Shown here piece by piece: positions 43,857 to 55,108 of a stretch of DNA of 64,000 nucleotides. Each line of letters begins with the position of its first letter. The stretch's first letter is position 1. Both the position numbers and the translations under genes were made by a program. Below the pieces are notes generated by a model. That model saw nothing but the letters and a program-made list of their open reading frames with translations. It was not told the origin of the DNA and did not search any database. Location: assembly GCA_902518955.1 (NCBI GenBank), contig CABYIR010000005.1, forward strand, positions 3,557 through 67,556, in the 5' to 3' direction. The DNA comes from an uncultured Pelagibacteraceae bacterium. Its GTDB lineage: Bacteria > Pseudomonadota > Alphaproteobacteria > Pelagibacterales > AG-422-B15.

Positions 43857-45995
43857 ATGTCAAATAGCGAACTTCTAAATTCTTTTAAGTCATTTGATCC
43901 TGACATTGACATCTCTTTGATTGAAAAAGCTTATAATTTTGCACAAAAAGCTCATAAAACTCAATTAAGACACTCTGGAGATCCTTATATTTCTCATCCA
44001 CTTGAGGTTGCCAAAATATTAGCTTCGCTAAAGCTAGATGTGTCAACTATTACTACTGGGCTATTACATGATACTCTTGAAGATACTGAGGCATCGAAAG
44101 AAGATATAATAGCTTATTTTGGAAATGAAGTAGCAAATCTTGTAGAGGGTGTCACAAAATTATCCAAGATAGACACATATTCAGAAAATAAATCGCAGGC
44201 TGAAAATTTCAGAAAATTAATTCTTGCGATGTCAAAAGATATCAGAGTTTTGTTAGTAAAGTTAGCTGATAGGTTACATAATATGAGAACCATTCAATTT
44301 ATACCGAATGAAAGTAGTCGAAAACGGATAGCCTCTGAAACTTTAGAGATTTATGCTCCACTTGCGGGTAGACTAGGCATGCATGAGTTTAAAGATGAAT
44401 TAGAGGATTTATCTTTTCAAATTTTGAATCCATCAGCTTATGCATCAATATTGAATAGAATTGAATATTTAAAAAAAGATAAATCAAATTTAACCGATAA
44501 AATTAAAAGTAGAATTTTAGAGATACTTGAAGAGAAAAAAATTGATTGCACAATAATAGGAAGAGAAAAAAAAGTATTTTCAATTTGGAATAAAATGCAA
44601 AAAAAGCAAATCGCTTTTCGTCAACTATCTGATATTTTTGCATATCGTATTTTAGTAAGTGGTATTAATGACTGTTATAAGGTGCTAGGAATTATTCATG
44701 GACGATGGTCAGCAGTTCCAGGAAGTTTTAAAGATTATCTTTCAACTCCAAAAATAAATAATTATCAATCTATTCACACAACTATTGTGGGCCCTGAACG
44801 TCAACGAGTTGAATTGCAAATAAGAACTGAAGATATGGATGTAGTCGCTGAAAGAGGTATAGCGGCTCATTGGTCCTATAAAGATACTTACAACTTAATT
44901 GACCATTCTTCCAGTGACCCAATAAATGTTACATGGTTAAGAGATTTAGTTGATATTCTTGATAGTGGCGCAACCTCAGAAGAACTTCTTGAAGCAACAA
45001 AATTAGAAATTTTTCAAGACGAAGTCTTTTGCTTCACTCCTAAAGGTGATTTGATACATTTACCCTATGGATCTAACTCAATCGACTTTGCTTATGCTCT
45101 GCACTCAGAAATAGGAAATAAATGTGTTGGATGCAAAATAAATGGAAAATCTCAAGCACTATTTACTAAAATTCAAAATGGAGATGAAATTGAAATAATC
45201 ACATCAAAAAGTGAAGCCCCGTCGGAAACATGGGAAAATATTGTTACGACGGCCAAAGCTCAGTCATCTATTAAACGATATTTTAAGAAACAGGAAAAAA
45301 ATGAATTCATAAACTTAGGGAAAGAGATTTTACTAAAAACTCTTAATGTTGATAAAGAAATTGCACAACATACATTGGTAAGTCTAGTTATTCATTTTAA
45401 GAAAAAATCCAACGAAGATTTATTTAATTCCATTGGAAGAGGTTATATCAAACCAAGAGAGATAATTAAGGCTAGACCTAAGAATAAATTATCTTTTTTT
45501 TCAAGATATCGTTATCGCAATAGAAACTCACAAAAGATTATTGATTTACCATTAGAAATTAAAAATCTACAGTCAGGTGTAGCTGTTCATTTCGCAGAAT
45601 GTTGTTTGCCTCTACCTAATGAGGATATAATTGGAATTCAAGAAAAAGATACTGGTATAATAATTCATACGCGAGATTGTAAAACCTTAACAAATGATTA
45701 CAGTCGAAGTGAATGGATAACTTCAACTTGGAAAGACACTAAACAAAATCAATTATTTTCTGGTCGGATTAAAGTATCAGTTAAAAATGAAGCTGGATCT
45801 TTAGGTAAGTTAGCAACGATTATTGGAAATAATAATGGAAATATTACCAATTTAAATATTTCAGAAAAAAGTAATGATTTTTTTGATATGATATTTGTAA
45901 TCGCGTTAAGAGATTTAAACCATTTAAATTTTATAATTGAAAAGCTGAAAGAAAATGAAATTGTAAGTGATGTAAAAAGATTATTTATTGATTAA
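43857..45995 (+). CDS. rsh: Bifunctional (p)ppGpp synthetase/hydrolase (Rel/Rsh)
   Basis: HD hydrolase (LLHDTLED), YQSIHT and ELQIRT synthetase motifs, TGS (DFAY..HSEIG), CC and ACT domains. Confidence 0.96.
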   Translation: MSNSELLNSFKSFDPDIDISLIEKAYNFAQKAHKTQLRHSGDPYISHPLEVAKILASLKLDVSTITTGLLHDTLEDTEASKEDIIAYFGNEVANLVEGVTKLSKIDTYSENKSQAENFRKLILAMSKDIRVLLVKLADRLHNMRTIQFIPNESSRKRIASETLEIYAPLAGRLGMHEFKDELEDLSFQILNPSAYASILNRIEYLKKDKSNLTDKIKSRILEILEEKKIDCTIIGREKKVFSIWNKMQKKQIAFRQLSDIFAYRILVSGINDCYKVLGIIHGRWSAVPGSFKDYLSTPKINNYQSIHTTIVGPERQRVELQIRTEDMDVVAERGIAAHWSYKDTYNLIDHSSSDPINVTWLRDLVDILDSGATSEELLEATKLEIFQDEVFCFTPKGDLIHLPYGSNSIDFAYALHSEIGNKCVGCKINGKSQALFTKIQNGDEIEIITSKSEAPSETWENIVTTAKAQSSIKRYFKKQEKNEFINLGKEILLKTLNVDKEIAQHTLVSLVIHFKKKSNEDLFNSIGRGYIKPREIIKARPKNKLSFFSRYRYRNRNSQKIIDLPLEIKNLQSGVAVHFAECCLPLPNEDIIGIQEKDTGIIIHTRDCKTLTNDYSRSEWITSTWKDTKQNQLFSGRIKVSVKNEAGSLGKLATIIGNNNGNITNLNISEKSNDFFDMIFVIALRDLNHLNFIIEKLKENEIVSDVKRLFID

Positions 45996-45999
45996 AATT

Positions 46000-46581
46000 A
46001 TGAATTCAGAAGAAATACTCAAAATTTTAGAAAAAGTGAATGCAATCCAATATGGTCATTTCATCTTATCATCAGGGAAGAGATCATCTACTTATTGTCA
46101 ATGTGCAAAAATTTTTATAGACCCTAAAGTAGGATCAAAGATTTGCAATTCATTAGCCAAAAAAATAAAAGATCAAATAAATCAAGAGATCGACTATGTC
46201 GTTTCTCCAGCAATGGGAGGAATTTTGGTTGGCTATGAAACAGCTAATCAATTAAACTCTCAATCAGTTTTTTTTGAAAGAGTTGAAAATGAATTTCAAA
46301 TGAGAAGAGGATTTGAAATAGAAGAAAATAAAAATGTATTATTTGTTGAAGATGTTATCACAACTGGTAAATCATCTAAAGAATGCTTAGTTGAATTAAA
46401 AAAATTAAATATTAACTTATTAGGCATAGCTTGTATTGTGGATCGTTCTTCTGAAGATATATTTAGTGATCATGAGATTATTTCATTAATAAAACTTGAT
46501 ATCCCAGTCTATGACGAAAAAGATTTGCCAGATAAGCTTAAATCTATAAATCCAATCAAACCTGGAAGTAGAATTATTTAA
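46000..46581 (+). CDS. pyrE: Orotate phosphoribosyltransferase
   Basis: GHFILSSG, PAMGG, PRPP motif VEDVITTG, KPGSR; ATG at 46000. Confidence 0.95.
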   Translation: MNSEEILKILEKVNAIQYGHFILSSGKRSSTYCQCAKIFIDPKVGSKICNSLAKKIKDQINQEIDYVVSPAMGGILVGYETANQLNSQSVFFERVENEFQMRRGFEIEENKNVLFVEDVITTGKSSKECLVELKKLNINLLGIACIVDRSSEDIFSDHEIISLIKLDIPVYDEKDLPDKLKSINPIKPGSRII

Positions 46582-46585
46582 AAAT

Positions 46586-47329
46586 ATGGATGAACTGCCA
46601 AGATTGGGCGTGAATATAGATCACGTAGCCACTTTAAGAAATGCAAGGGGGGAGGATTATCCTAGCCCAGTAAGAGCTGCTATTTTATGTCAAGAGTCTG
46701 GTGCAGATGGGATAACAGCTCATCTAAGAGAGGATAGAAGGCACATTAGAGACTCTGACATTCAAGAAATTAAAGAACAAATATCAATACCATTAAATTT
46801 TGAAATGGCTCCGACAAATGAAATGTTAGATATTGCTGTTAGAACCCTGCCAAATGCTTGTTGTATTGTTCCTGAAAAAAGAGAGGAGGTCACAACAGAA
46901 GGTGGAATTGATTTAAGACGCTCTCATAATGTTTTAGGCCCGATCATAAATGAACTTAAAAAAAATAATATTAGAGTTTCATTATTTGTTGATGCATCAA
47001 ATGATCAAATAGAGTTATCAAAGGAGCTTGGAGCAGATATCGTTGAGATACATTCTGGAGAGTTTTGTAGAAAAGTACATTATAAAACTGATTTTCAAAA
47101 TGAGCTTAATAAAATTAAGGAATCAGCAAGCTTTGCTAATAGCATTGGTTTGGAAACGCATATTGGACACGGTATAACTTTTGAATCAATAATTGAGTTA
47201 TCTAGAATTGAAGAAGTAAAAGAATTTAATATTGGCCACTTCATAATTGCAGAGTCAGTTTTTATTGGGCTTAGTGAAGCGATAAACAAGTTTAAAAATC
47301 TAGTTAGAGATAGTAGAAAAGTTTTATGA
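46586..47329 (+). CDS. pdxJ: Pyridoxine 5'-phosphate synthase
   Basis: LGVNIDHVATLRNAR, HLREDRRHI, TTEGG, NIGH. Confidence 0.98.
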   Translation: MDELPRLGVNIDHVATLRNARGEDYPSPVRAAILCQESGADGITAHLREDRRHIRDSDIQEIKEQISIPLNFEMAPTNEMLDIAVRTLPNACCIVPEKREEVTTEGGIDLRRSHNVLGPIINELKKNNIRVSLFVDASNDQIELSKELGADIVEIHSGEFCRKVHYKTDFQNELNKIKESASFANSIGLETHIGHGITFESIIELSRIEEVKEFNIGHFIIAESVFIGLSEAINKFKNLVRDSRKVL

Positions 47330-47724
47330 TTGGAATAGGGTCAGATTTGTTAGATATAAGAAGAATAGAGAAAACTATCTCTAAATTTGGGGATCGATTT
47401 AAAAATAAAATATTTACTAAAAATGAAATTTATAAATGTGAAAAAAGACTAAATAAGATTGAATGTTATGCAAAGCGATTTGCTGCAAAAGAAGCTGCAT
47501 CGAAGGCACTTGGAACCGGATTTAGAAAAGGCGTATTTTGGAAAGATTTAGAAGTAGTAAATCTACCATCTGGCAAGCCAACAATAAAATTTCATGGAAA
47601 TTCATTGAATCATTTAAATTCATTATTACCGCCAGAAAGCGATCCTAGTATCAATCTTACAATAACGGATGAGTATCCTTATGCACAAGCTTTAGTAATT
47701 ATCTCATCTGAAAAAAATAAATAA
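47326..47724 (+). CDS. acpS: Holo-ACP synthase
   Basis: GIGSD, AKRFAAKEA..KALGTG, GKP. Confidence 0.97.
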   Translation: MIGIGSDLLDIRRIEKTISKFGDRFKNKIFTKNEIYKCEKRLNKIECYAKRFAAKEAASKALGTGFRKGVFWKDLEVVNLPSGKPTIKFHGNSLNHLNSLLPPESDPSINLTITDEYPYAQALVIISSEKNK

Positions 47725-48503
47725 TGAAAAAGATAAATAAAAAAAAAGAAGATGATTTTTTATCAAAAGACTGGCTCATATCTAATACAAAAACTATATT
47801 TTATGCAATTTTAATTGCTCTAGTTATAAGAACTTTTTTCTTCCAACCTTTTTTTATTCCTTCATCTTCAATGGAGCCAAATTTATTGGTGGGTGATCGA
47901 TTATTTGTATCTAAGTATTCATATGGGTACAGTAGACATTCTTTCCCATTTAGCCTGAACATCATTAAGGATCGTATTTTTTTTAATAAAATTAAGAGAG
48001 GAGATGTTTCAGTATTTAAAGTTCCAACTGATACAGGTCCAAATGAAGAGTCTTTTGGTGTTGATTATATAAAACGAATTATAGCTATTCCAGGTGATAA
48101 GATTGAAATGAAGAATGGTGTTTTAACAATAAATGGAATCAAATTAGAACAAAAGAGGATAAGAACTGATAAAAAAGTATTAAAAAATGGAAAAATAATT
48201 GAATTAGATGTCTTTTTGGAAACTAACATAGATGGCAAATCATACGAAATTTACAATTATTATGATGATGGACCTGCAGATGATTTTGAAGAATATACTA
48301 TTCCAGAAAATTATGTCTTTGCTCTTGGTGATAACAGGGATAACTCAAAAGATAGTCGTTTTGTTGGCCCAATACCAATTAAGAATCTGGTTGGAAAAGC
48401 TCAAATTATTTTTTTTTCAACAAAAGATGGGTCTACGATTTTAGAAATTTGGAAATGGCCATTTGGTATTCAGTATAAAAGACTATTTAATTTAATAAAC
48501 TAA
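47724..48503 (+). CDS. lepB: Signal peptidase I
   Basis: IPSSSMEP (catalytic Ser), DYIKR (catalytic Lys), GDNRDNSKDSR. Confidence 0.97.
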   Translation: MKKINKKKEDDFLSKDWLISNTKTIFYAILIALVIRTFFFQPFFIPSSSMEPNLLVGDRLFVSKYSYGYSRHSFPFSLNIIKDRIFFNKIKRGDVSVFKVPTDTGPNEESFGVDYIKRIIAIPGDKIEMKNGVLTINGIKLEQKRIRTDKKVLKNGKIIELDVFLETNIDGKSYEIYNYYDDGPADDFEEYTIPENYVFALGDNRDNSKDSRFVGPIPIKNLVGKAQIIFFSTKDGSTILEIWKWPFGIQYKRLFNLIN

Positions 48504-48510
48504 ATTGACT

Positions 48511-49170
48511 ATGAAAAATAAGATTCAAAAAAAAATTAATTATCATTTCAAAGATGAAAGTATTCTTCTCCGTGCGCTTACTCATAAAAGTAAAAAAAAC
48601 GAATTAAGTAATGAAGTATTAGAGTTTTTGGGTGATAGAGTATTGTCATTAGTTATTTCTGAGAAATTAATTGAAATGTACCCATTTGATAAAGAGGGAA
48701 TTTTAGATAAGAAACTTAGTAATTTAGTAGATAAGAATGCATGCCTTAAGATTGCACAAAAAATTGATCTAATAGAATTTATTTTATTGGGCAGTACAGA
48801 AATTCAATCAGAAGGTAATCTGAAAAAAAGTATATTATCAAATTGTTGTGAAGCTCTAATTGGTGCAATTTATGAAGATGGTGGTTATGATGAAGCTAAG
48901 AAATTTGTATTATTATTTTGGGATGATTTATTCAAAAGTTTAGACTTAAAACCTATCGATCCAAAATCTGCTCTGCAGGAGAAACTGCTTAAAAAGTATA
49001 AAAAACTTCCCATTTATGAGATAATTAGTAAAAGCGGACCTGATCATAACCCTGTGTTTTGCATAGAGGTTTCATTTGAAAACTATATTTCTACTAAAGC
49101 AGAGTCTGGTACAGTTAAAGAGGCCGAAAAATTGGCAGCTACAAAGTTCATAGAAAGTAATAAGATTTAG
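48511..49170 (+). CDS. rnc: Ribonuclease III
   Basis: ALTHKS, NEVLEFLGD, EALIGAIY, dsRBD DPKSALQE..GPDH; start at 48511 (ATG) or 48505 (TTG). Confidence 0.96.
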   Translation: MKNKIQKKINYHFKDESILLRALTHKSKKNELSNEVLEFLGDRVLSLVISEKLIEMYPFDKEGILDKKLSNLVDKNACLKIAQKIDLIEFILLGSTEIQSEGNLKKSILSNCCEALIGAIYEDGGYDEAKKFVLLFWDDLFKSLDLKPIDPKSALQEKLLKKYKKLPIYEIISKSGPDHNPVFCIEVSFENYISTKAESGTVKEAEKLAATKFIESNKI

Positions 49171-50021
49171 TGAAGAGTGGAAGCATATTACTTCTCGGCC
49201 CTACTAATTCCGGTAAATCTACCTTGTTGAATAAAATTATTGGAAAACGAGTGACCATGGTATCTCGAAAACAACAATCAACAACATTCAATCAAAAGGC
49301 TGTAATAAATATATCAGAGGCAGAATTTATTTTTAGTGACACACCAGGAATTTTTGCATCAACAAAAAGAATATCAAATAAAATGACAAACTCAGCTTTT
49401 TCTGAGATTGATCAAGTAAATCTTATTTTTTTAGTAATAGATATCTCTAAAAAAAATGAAATAGAATTTAAGAAAATTATTGAAACATTAAAAAATAAAA
49501 TTAAAAAAAATCAAAAGATTTTTTTATTATTAAATAAAATTGATAAAGTAAAAAAAAATGCAGTTCTAAAGAAAATAGATAAATTCAAAAATTTAGATCT
49601 TTTTGAGTCTATTTTTCCAATATCTGCATTATCTAATGCCGGTATTGAAAACTTATTAAATTTTACAAAAAATTATCTACCAAAAAGAAAAAATAGATAT
49701 TCAATAAAAAAAAGACTATTCATTAAAAAAGAGTTATTTTACTCAGAAGTAACTCGTGAGAAAATTTACGATATAGTTCATAAAGAGATACCTTATCAAT
49801 GTAAAGTACTAACTGAAAAGGTTATTAAGTCAAAAGATTCAGTAAAAATATACCAGATGATAAAAGTAAGTAAAAAATCTCATAAAAATATCCTCATTGG
49901 CAAGAATGGATCTACATTAAAAGAAATTGGAACACTTGCTAGAAAAGAAATTTCAAATTATGAAAATAGAAAAATACACCTTTTTTTATTTGTTAAACTA
50001 TTTTCAGAAAAAAATATATGA
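49170..50021 (+). CDS. era: GTPase Era
   Basis: GPTNSGKSTL, DTPG, NKID, ISA; KH domain IGKNG..LKEIG. Confidence 0.94.
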   Translation: MKSGSILLLGPTNSGKSTLLNKIIGKRVTMVSRKQQSTTFNQKAVINISEAEFIFSDTPGIFASTKRISNKMTNSAFSEIDQVNLIFLVIDISKKNEIEFKKIIETLKNKIKKNQKIFLLLNKIDKVKKNAVLKKIDKFKNLDLFESIFPISALSNAGIENLLNFTKNYLPKRKNRYSIKKRLFIKKELFYSEVTREKIYDIVHKEIPYQCKVLTEKVIKSKDSVKIYQMIKVSKKSHKNILIGKNGSTLKEIGTLARKEISNYENRKIHLFLFVKLFSEKNI

Positions 50022-50740
50022 GATGGGAAAGTAATGGATTAGTTTTGAATTTTTCCAAATATAATGAAAAGTCATATATTTTAGAAATTTTTACAGAAGA
50101 ACATGGTAAGCATAAAGGTATTATAAGAGGACTTCACTCAAAAAATAAGAGATCAATTATAGAGCCAGGAAATGAAGTTTTTGCTACTTGGTCTGGAAGA
50201 CTTGAAACACACCTCGGTAATTATAATGTTGAGCCAATTAAATTGTGGTCTTCACATATCTTGCAATTTAAGGACAAATTAAGTGCAATTTCATCTATTT
50301 GTTCTTTAATATCCCTTACCATGGCAGAGCGACAGCCAAATCCCTTAATATATTTTTCAAGTAAAAAGCTTATTGAAATTGTTGCGTCTACAAGAGATGA
50401 CTGGATTAGAGAATATGTGTTTTGGGAAATGCAATTATTAAGTGAGATCGGTTATGGCCTAGACCTTGAAAGATGTGCCGTTACCTCAAAATCCTCTTAT
50501 TTAGTTTATGTTTCTCCATCAAGTGGCAGAGCAGTAACGAATGAAGGTGCCGGTGATTTTAAAAATAAATTATTGCCTTTACCAAAATTTATGACAGATT
50601 TTAAAGCCAATTATGATAATGATGATATCTATAATGCTTTGAATTTGACTGAATTTTTTTTTAAGAAAAGATTTTTTCTTCCAAACAATCTTAATTTCCC
50701 TCAATCGAGGAATCGTTTAAAAGAGTTATTCAATCATTAA
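50018..50740 (+). CDS. recO: DNA repair protein RecO
   Basis: Follows era; N-terminal OB fold; GYGLDL..CAVT..LVYVSP.SGRAV. Confidence 0.94.
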   Translation: MRWESNGLVLNFSKYNEKSYILEIFTEEHGKHKGIIRGLHSKNKRSIIEPGNEVFATWSGRLETHLGNYNVEPIKLWSSHILQFKDKLSAISSICSLISLTMAERQPNPLIYFSSKKLIEIVASTRDDWIREYVFWEMQLLSEIGYGLDLERCAVTSKSSYLVYVSPSSGRAVTNEGAGDFKNKLLPLPKFMTDFKANYDNDDIYNALNLTEFFFKKRFFLPNNLNFPQSRNRLKELFNH

Positions 50741-50744
50741 TTAT

Positions 50745-52952
50745 ATGAGTATAAAAAAAATTGAATTCTCAAATGCACTAGAAGAACGCTACTTATCATA
50801 TGCATTATCAACAATAACTCACAGAGCCCTTCCTGACGTAAGAGATGGATTGAAGCCAGTTCATAGAAGGCTGCTTTTTGCAATGTATCAATTACGATTA
50901 AATAATAATTCTGGATTTAAAAAATCAGCACGAATTGTTGGTGATGTTATAGGTAAATATCATCCTCACGGTGACCAATCAGTTTATGAAGCTCTTGTAA
51001 GGCTGGCTCAGGAATTTTCAACACGCTACCCTTTGGTGGATGGACAAGGAAATTTTGGTAATATTGATGGTGATAACGCTGCCGCAATGAGATATACGGA
51101 GGCACGCTTGACATCGCTGGCTGAAATAATGCTAAAAGAAATATCTGAAGATACGATTGATTTAATTAAAACTTATGATGGAGTAGAGCAAGAACCTATA
51201 GTGTTGCCCGCCGCTTTTCCAAATCTTCTCGCAAATGGAAGCACAGGAATTGCTGTTGGAATGGCAACTAATATACCGCCTCACAATATAGGAGAACTTT
51301 TTGAGGCTCTTTTAAAATTTTTAAAAAAACCAAACTTAAGCAATAATGACTTAATTAAAATTATCCCTGGTCCAGATTTCCCAACAGGAGGGAAAATTAT
51401 TGATAGCAAAGCTTCACTGAAAGAAGCTTATTCGAAAGGGAAAGGAACAATCAGACTGAGAGCAAACTGGAAAGAAGAAAGCTTAGGTCGTGGTCAATAT
51501 CAAATTGTAGTTAACGAGATTCCTTACCAAGTTAATAAATCGAAAATTATCGAAAAAATATCAGAAATGATTGATGATAAAAAAATTAATTACCTGGAAA
51601 CTATCCAAGATGAGTCAACTGAGGATATAAGGATTGTTTTAATTCCAAAAAATAGAACATTTAAGTCTAATGTTGTGATGGAAGATTTATTTAAAAATAC
51701 TGATCTTGAAATACGATATTCAATAAATTTAAACGCTATAAGTAGTAAACTTGAGCCCAAAATCTTTAGCCTAAAAGACTCATTACTATCATTTTTAAAT
51801 CATCGGTATGAAGTCCTTAAAAGAAGATCAAAATTTAGGCTTTTAAAAGCTAAAAATAGAATTGAGATTCTAAAAGGTTTCCTGATCGTTTTTGCATATT
51901 TAAATCAAGTCATAAAGATAATAAGAACAGAGAATAATCCTGAAAAAAAATTGATGCAAAAATTTAAAATTAACCAAAGGCAAGCTGAGGCGATTTTAGC
52001 AATGAGATTAAGACAGTTAAAAAAGTTAGAAGAGAAGCAAATTAAAGAAGAGCATAAGGAGTTATTAGCGACAAAAAAAGAATTAGAACTAATTCTTCGT
52101 TCAAAAACTAAACAAACTTCATTGTTAGAAAGTGAATTTAGAGAGAATCTAAAAACTTTTGAGAGTATCAAGGGATGCGTAGATCGTAGAACAATTATTA
52201 ACAATGATTTCAAAGTTGTCGAATATCAAGTTGAACAATTTGAAACAAAAGAGCCAGTTTCAGTTATATTGTCAAAAAATGGATGGATTAAATCAATTAA
52301 AGGCCATCAAGATAATTACGACAATATAAAATATAAAGATGGTGATAATAAAAAATTCGTTATTTTATGTAAAAATAATGACAGGTTATTGCTTTTCTCT
52401 TCTCTTGGGAAATTTTATACAATTAATTGTTCTAAAATTAATACAGGAAGAGGATTTGGAGATCCAATAAGTTTAATGATTGATAAAAGTGATAATGAAG
52501 AAATTATTTTCGTAAAAACGTATGAGGCTGATAAAGAATATTTAATAACAAGCTCATCTGGAAAGGGATTCTTTGTAAATACTAACGATTTGATGGCATC
52601 TACCAAATCTGGAAAAAAAGTGATGAATTTGAAAGATAATGATCGTGCAGTATCTTGTTATGAAAAAAAAGGTGATCTTATTGGTGTTTTTAGTGGTGAA
52701 AAAAAATCAATTAAACTTCTCATTATCGATAATTTAGATATTCCAAATATGCAAAAAGGTCGTGGAGTCATTCTGCAAAAATTTAAAAACGGTAAAACGC
52801 TCTTTTCAATTTGCTTAAACTCCAATGAAGACATACTTGATAAAAATAATAAAGTTCTGTTATCTACAAAAGAAATGAAAAAATGGTTAGGTAAAAGAGC
52901 TCAAGCAGGTAAGATTGAACCGAAGAATTTACATTTAAAAATTATAGATTAA
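50745..52952 (+). CDS. parC: DNA topoisomerase IV subunit A
   Basis: [28 protein letters not shown]; 735 aa, no GyrA box seen, follows recO. Confidence 0.95.
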   Translation: MSIKKIEFSNALEERYLSYALSTITHRALPDVRDGLKPVHRRLLFAMYQLRLNNNSGFKKSARIVGDVIGKYHPHGDQSVYEALVRLAQEFSTRYPLVDGQGNFGNIDGDNAAAMRYTEARLTSLAEIMLKEISEDTIDLIKTYDGVEQEPIVLPAAFPNLLANGSTGIAVGMATNIPPHNIGELFEALLKFLKKPNLSNNDLIKIIPGPDFPTGGKIIDSKASLKEAYSKGKGTIRLRANWKEESLGRGQYQIVVNEIPYQVNKSKIIEKISEMIDDKKINYLETIQDESTEDIRIVLIPKNRTFKSNVVMEDLFKNTDLEIRYSINLNAISSKLEPKIFSLKDSLLSFLNHRYEVLKRRSKFRLLKAKNRIEILKGFLIVFAYLNQVIKIIRTENNPEKKLMQKFKINQRQAEAILAMRLRQLKKLEEKQIKEEHKELLATKKELELILRSKTKQTSLLESEFRENLKTFESIKGCVDRRTIINNDFKVVEYQVEQFETKEPVSVILSKNGWIKSIKGHQDNYDNIKYKDGDNKKFVILCKNNDRLLLFSSLGKFYTINCSKINTGRGFGDPISLMIDKSDNEEIIFVKTYEADKEYLITSSSGKGFFVNTNDLMASTKSGKKVMNLKDNDRAVSCYEKKGDLIGVFSGEKKSIKLLIIDNLDIPNMQKGRGVILQKFKNGKTLFSICLNSNEDILDKNNKVLLSTKEMKKWLGKRAQAGKIEPKNLHLKIID

Positions 52953-52962
52953 TTAAGTCACT

Positions 52963-54252
52963 ATGTCTGATTTTCCAAATAGCTATTATGCAGCAAGCTT
53001 AAATAGAAATAAAAAATCTTATTCAAAACTAACTGGTAATTATGATTGTGATGTATGTGTTATTGGAGGTGGCTTTACTGGTTTATCAACTGCTATTGAA
53101 GCTTCGAAACAAGGTTTAAAAGTAATGCTGATTGAACAAAATATAATTGGCTGGGGGGCATCTGGTAGAAATGGTGGACAAATCTGGAATGATGTTTCTT
53201 GGGGAATTGAAAACATAGAAAAAAATTATGGTTTTACTCATGCTAATCAACTCTGGAACATCTCACAAGCAGCTGTAGAATTAATAGATGAACGAATAGC
53301 TGAGTTTGGAATAGAATGTGATAAAAAAAATGGTGGTATTAATGCTGCGACAAGCCCATCAAAATTTCGAGAGTATGTTAAAAACTCTGAGTATAAGTTA
53401 AAAACTTTTAATTATAATAAGATGGAGGTTTTAAGCAAAATACAAACTCAAGAAGAAATTGGTTCTTCTATCTATCACGGCGGTATTTTAGATCATGGTG
53501 CTGGACACTTGCACCCTCTTAAATATTCACTTGGTTTAATGGATGGAGCTGAGCAACTTAATGTAAAGATTTTTGAGAATTCTCAAGTTAAAAAGATTAA
53601 TCAAGCCAGAGACTTTATTGAAGTTCTTACACCTGATGGGCAAGTGAAGGCTAAAAAAATTGCTGTATGTTGTAATGCATACTTAAAAGGTTTAAACTTG
53701 GGAATTGAGAATAAAATTATGCCATGTGCAACTTACATTGTATGCACTGAAACTCTTGAGTCAGAATTACAAAATTTTATTTTACAAAATGATTATTGTG
53801 TAAGTGATACCAATTTTGATTTAAATTATTATCGATTGTCAGAAAGTAAAAGAATGTTGTTTGGAGGAGTTGTTGGATATTCTTTAAGAAATGTCGAGAG
53901 ACTAAAAAAAAGAACCAAGGCGCAATTAGATAAGGTATTTCCTCAACTTAAATCTCTTAAGGTAGATTACATATGGGGCGGATACATTGCTATTACTGTA
54001 AATAGAGTTCCTGATATTGGAATGTTAAATGATAGAGTTTTTTATGCTCACGGATTTTCTGGTCACGGTGTTGCATTTACTGGCATTGCTGGCAAAATCT
54101 TAGCTGAAAGTATGGCCTCAGAGAAAACAGTTGAATTAGAAGCATTTGAGAAAATAAAACATAGAAAGTTTCCAGGAGGAAGAATATTTAGAATGCCTCT
54201 TTTAGTGACAATAAGTGCCATGCAAAGAATGATGGATATTTTTAATGCATAA
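52963..54252 (+). CDS. FAD-dependent oxidoreductase, gamma-glutamylputrescine oxidase (PuuB)-like
   Basis: SYYAAS, IGGGFTG, GASGRNGGQ, HLHPL.Y..G, GFSGHGV, FPGG..R.PL. Confidence 0.85.
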   Translation: MSDFPNSYYAASLNRNKKSYSKLTGNYDCDVCVIGGGFTGLSTAIEASKQGLKVMLIEQNIIGWGASGRNGGQIWNDVSWGIENIEKNYGFTHANQLWNISQAAVELIDERIAEFGIECDKKNGGINAATSPSKFREYVKNSEYKLKTFNYNKMEVLSKIQTQEEIGSSIYHGGILDHGAGHLHPLKYSLGLMDGAEQLNVKIFENSQVKKINQARDFIEVLTPDGQVKAKKIAVCCNAYLKGLNLGIENKIMPCATYIVCTETLESELQNFILQNDYCVSDTNFDLNYYRLSESKRMLFGGVVGYSLRNVERLKKRTKAQLDKVFPQLKSLKVDYIWGGYIAITVNRVPDIGMLNDRVFYAHGFSGHGVAFTGIAGKILAESMASEKTVELEAFEKIKHRKFPGGRIFRMPLLVTISAMQRMMDIFNA

Positions 54253-55108
54253 GGTTTTATTTATTGGCTTGGGAACTATGGGCTTTCATATGGCTGGCCA
54301 CCTAAGCAAAAGTAATGATGTAATAGTTTATAACAGAACAACTTCAAAATCTCATGAATGGATGAATAAATATGATGGAGGCTTTATAGAAAAATTATCA
54401 GAGATTAAAGATGATCTAAACTTTGTCGTGTCATGTATTGGTAACGACAGTGATTTAGTCGATATTACCACTTCTGAAAAAGGATGTTTTAATTATCTTA
54501 GTAAAAATTCAATTTTTATCGATCACTCAACTGTTTCACCTCAAGTTGTTAAATTAATTGAAAATGAAGCAAGCAAGAGGAGCATTCATTTTCTAGATGC
54601 ACCTATTTCTGGAGGTGAGGCTGGTGCAATAAATGGAACATTAAGTATCATGGTAGGAGGTAAAATAGATCATTTTAACCTTGCTGAAAATTTGATGAAC
54701 GCTTATGGAAAAAAAATTAAATATATGGGAGAGACGGGTTCAGGACAATTAACAAAAATAATTAATCAAATCTGTATTGCTGGTTTAGTTCAAGGATTAT
54801 CTGAAGCGGTATATTTTATGAAGCAAACTGATCTAAATGCAGATGATGTTCTAGAAGTAATTTCAAGTGGCGCAGCTCAGTCATGGCAACTTGATAATCG
54901 TTTAAAAACGATGGTAGAAGATAATTTTGATTTTGGGTTTGCGGTTGATTTAATGAGAAAAGATTTAGGAATTGCATTTAATCAGGCAAGTGAATTTGGT
55001 ATAGACCTTGAAGTGACTAAGATTGTTGATCGGTTTTATTCAGATTTACAACAAATGGGGCACAATAAGCTTGATACATCAAGTCTTATAAAAAGACTAG
55101 TCAGATAA
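54245..55108 (+). CDS. Beta-hydroxyacid dehydrogenase family (3-hydroxyisobutyrate DH/GarR-like)
   Basis: FIGLGTMG, DAPISGG..GA, catalytic K in GQLTKIINQ, F....M.KDL. Confidence 0.9.
   Translation: MHKVLFIGLGTMGFHMAGHLSKSNDVIVYNRTTSKSHEWMNKYDGGFIEKLSEIKDDLNFVVSCIGNDSDLVDITTSEKGCFNYLSKNSIFIDHSTVSPQVVKLIENEASKRSIHFLDAPISGGEAGAINGTLSIMVGGKIDHFNLAENLMNAYGKKIKYMGETGSGQLTKIINQICIAGLVQGLSEAVYFMKQTDLNADDVLEVISSGAAQSWQLDNRLKTMVEDNFDFGFAVDLMRKDLGIAFNQASEFGIDLEVTKIVDRFYSDLQQMGHNKLDTSSLIKRLVR

Noticed and set aside
49170-50021. Divergent, slightly short Era and NEVLEFLGD variant of RNase III as possible pseudogenes
   Set aside because: Reading frames are intact, key motifs are present and the genes are coupled to their neighbours; divergence fits AT-biased drift.
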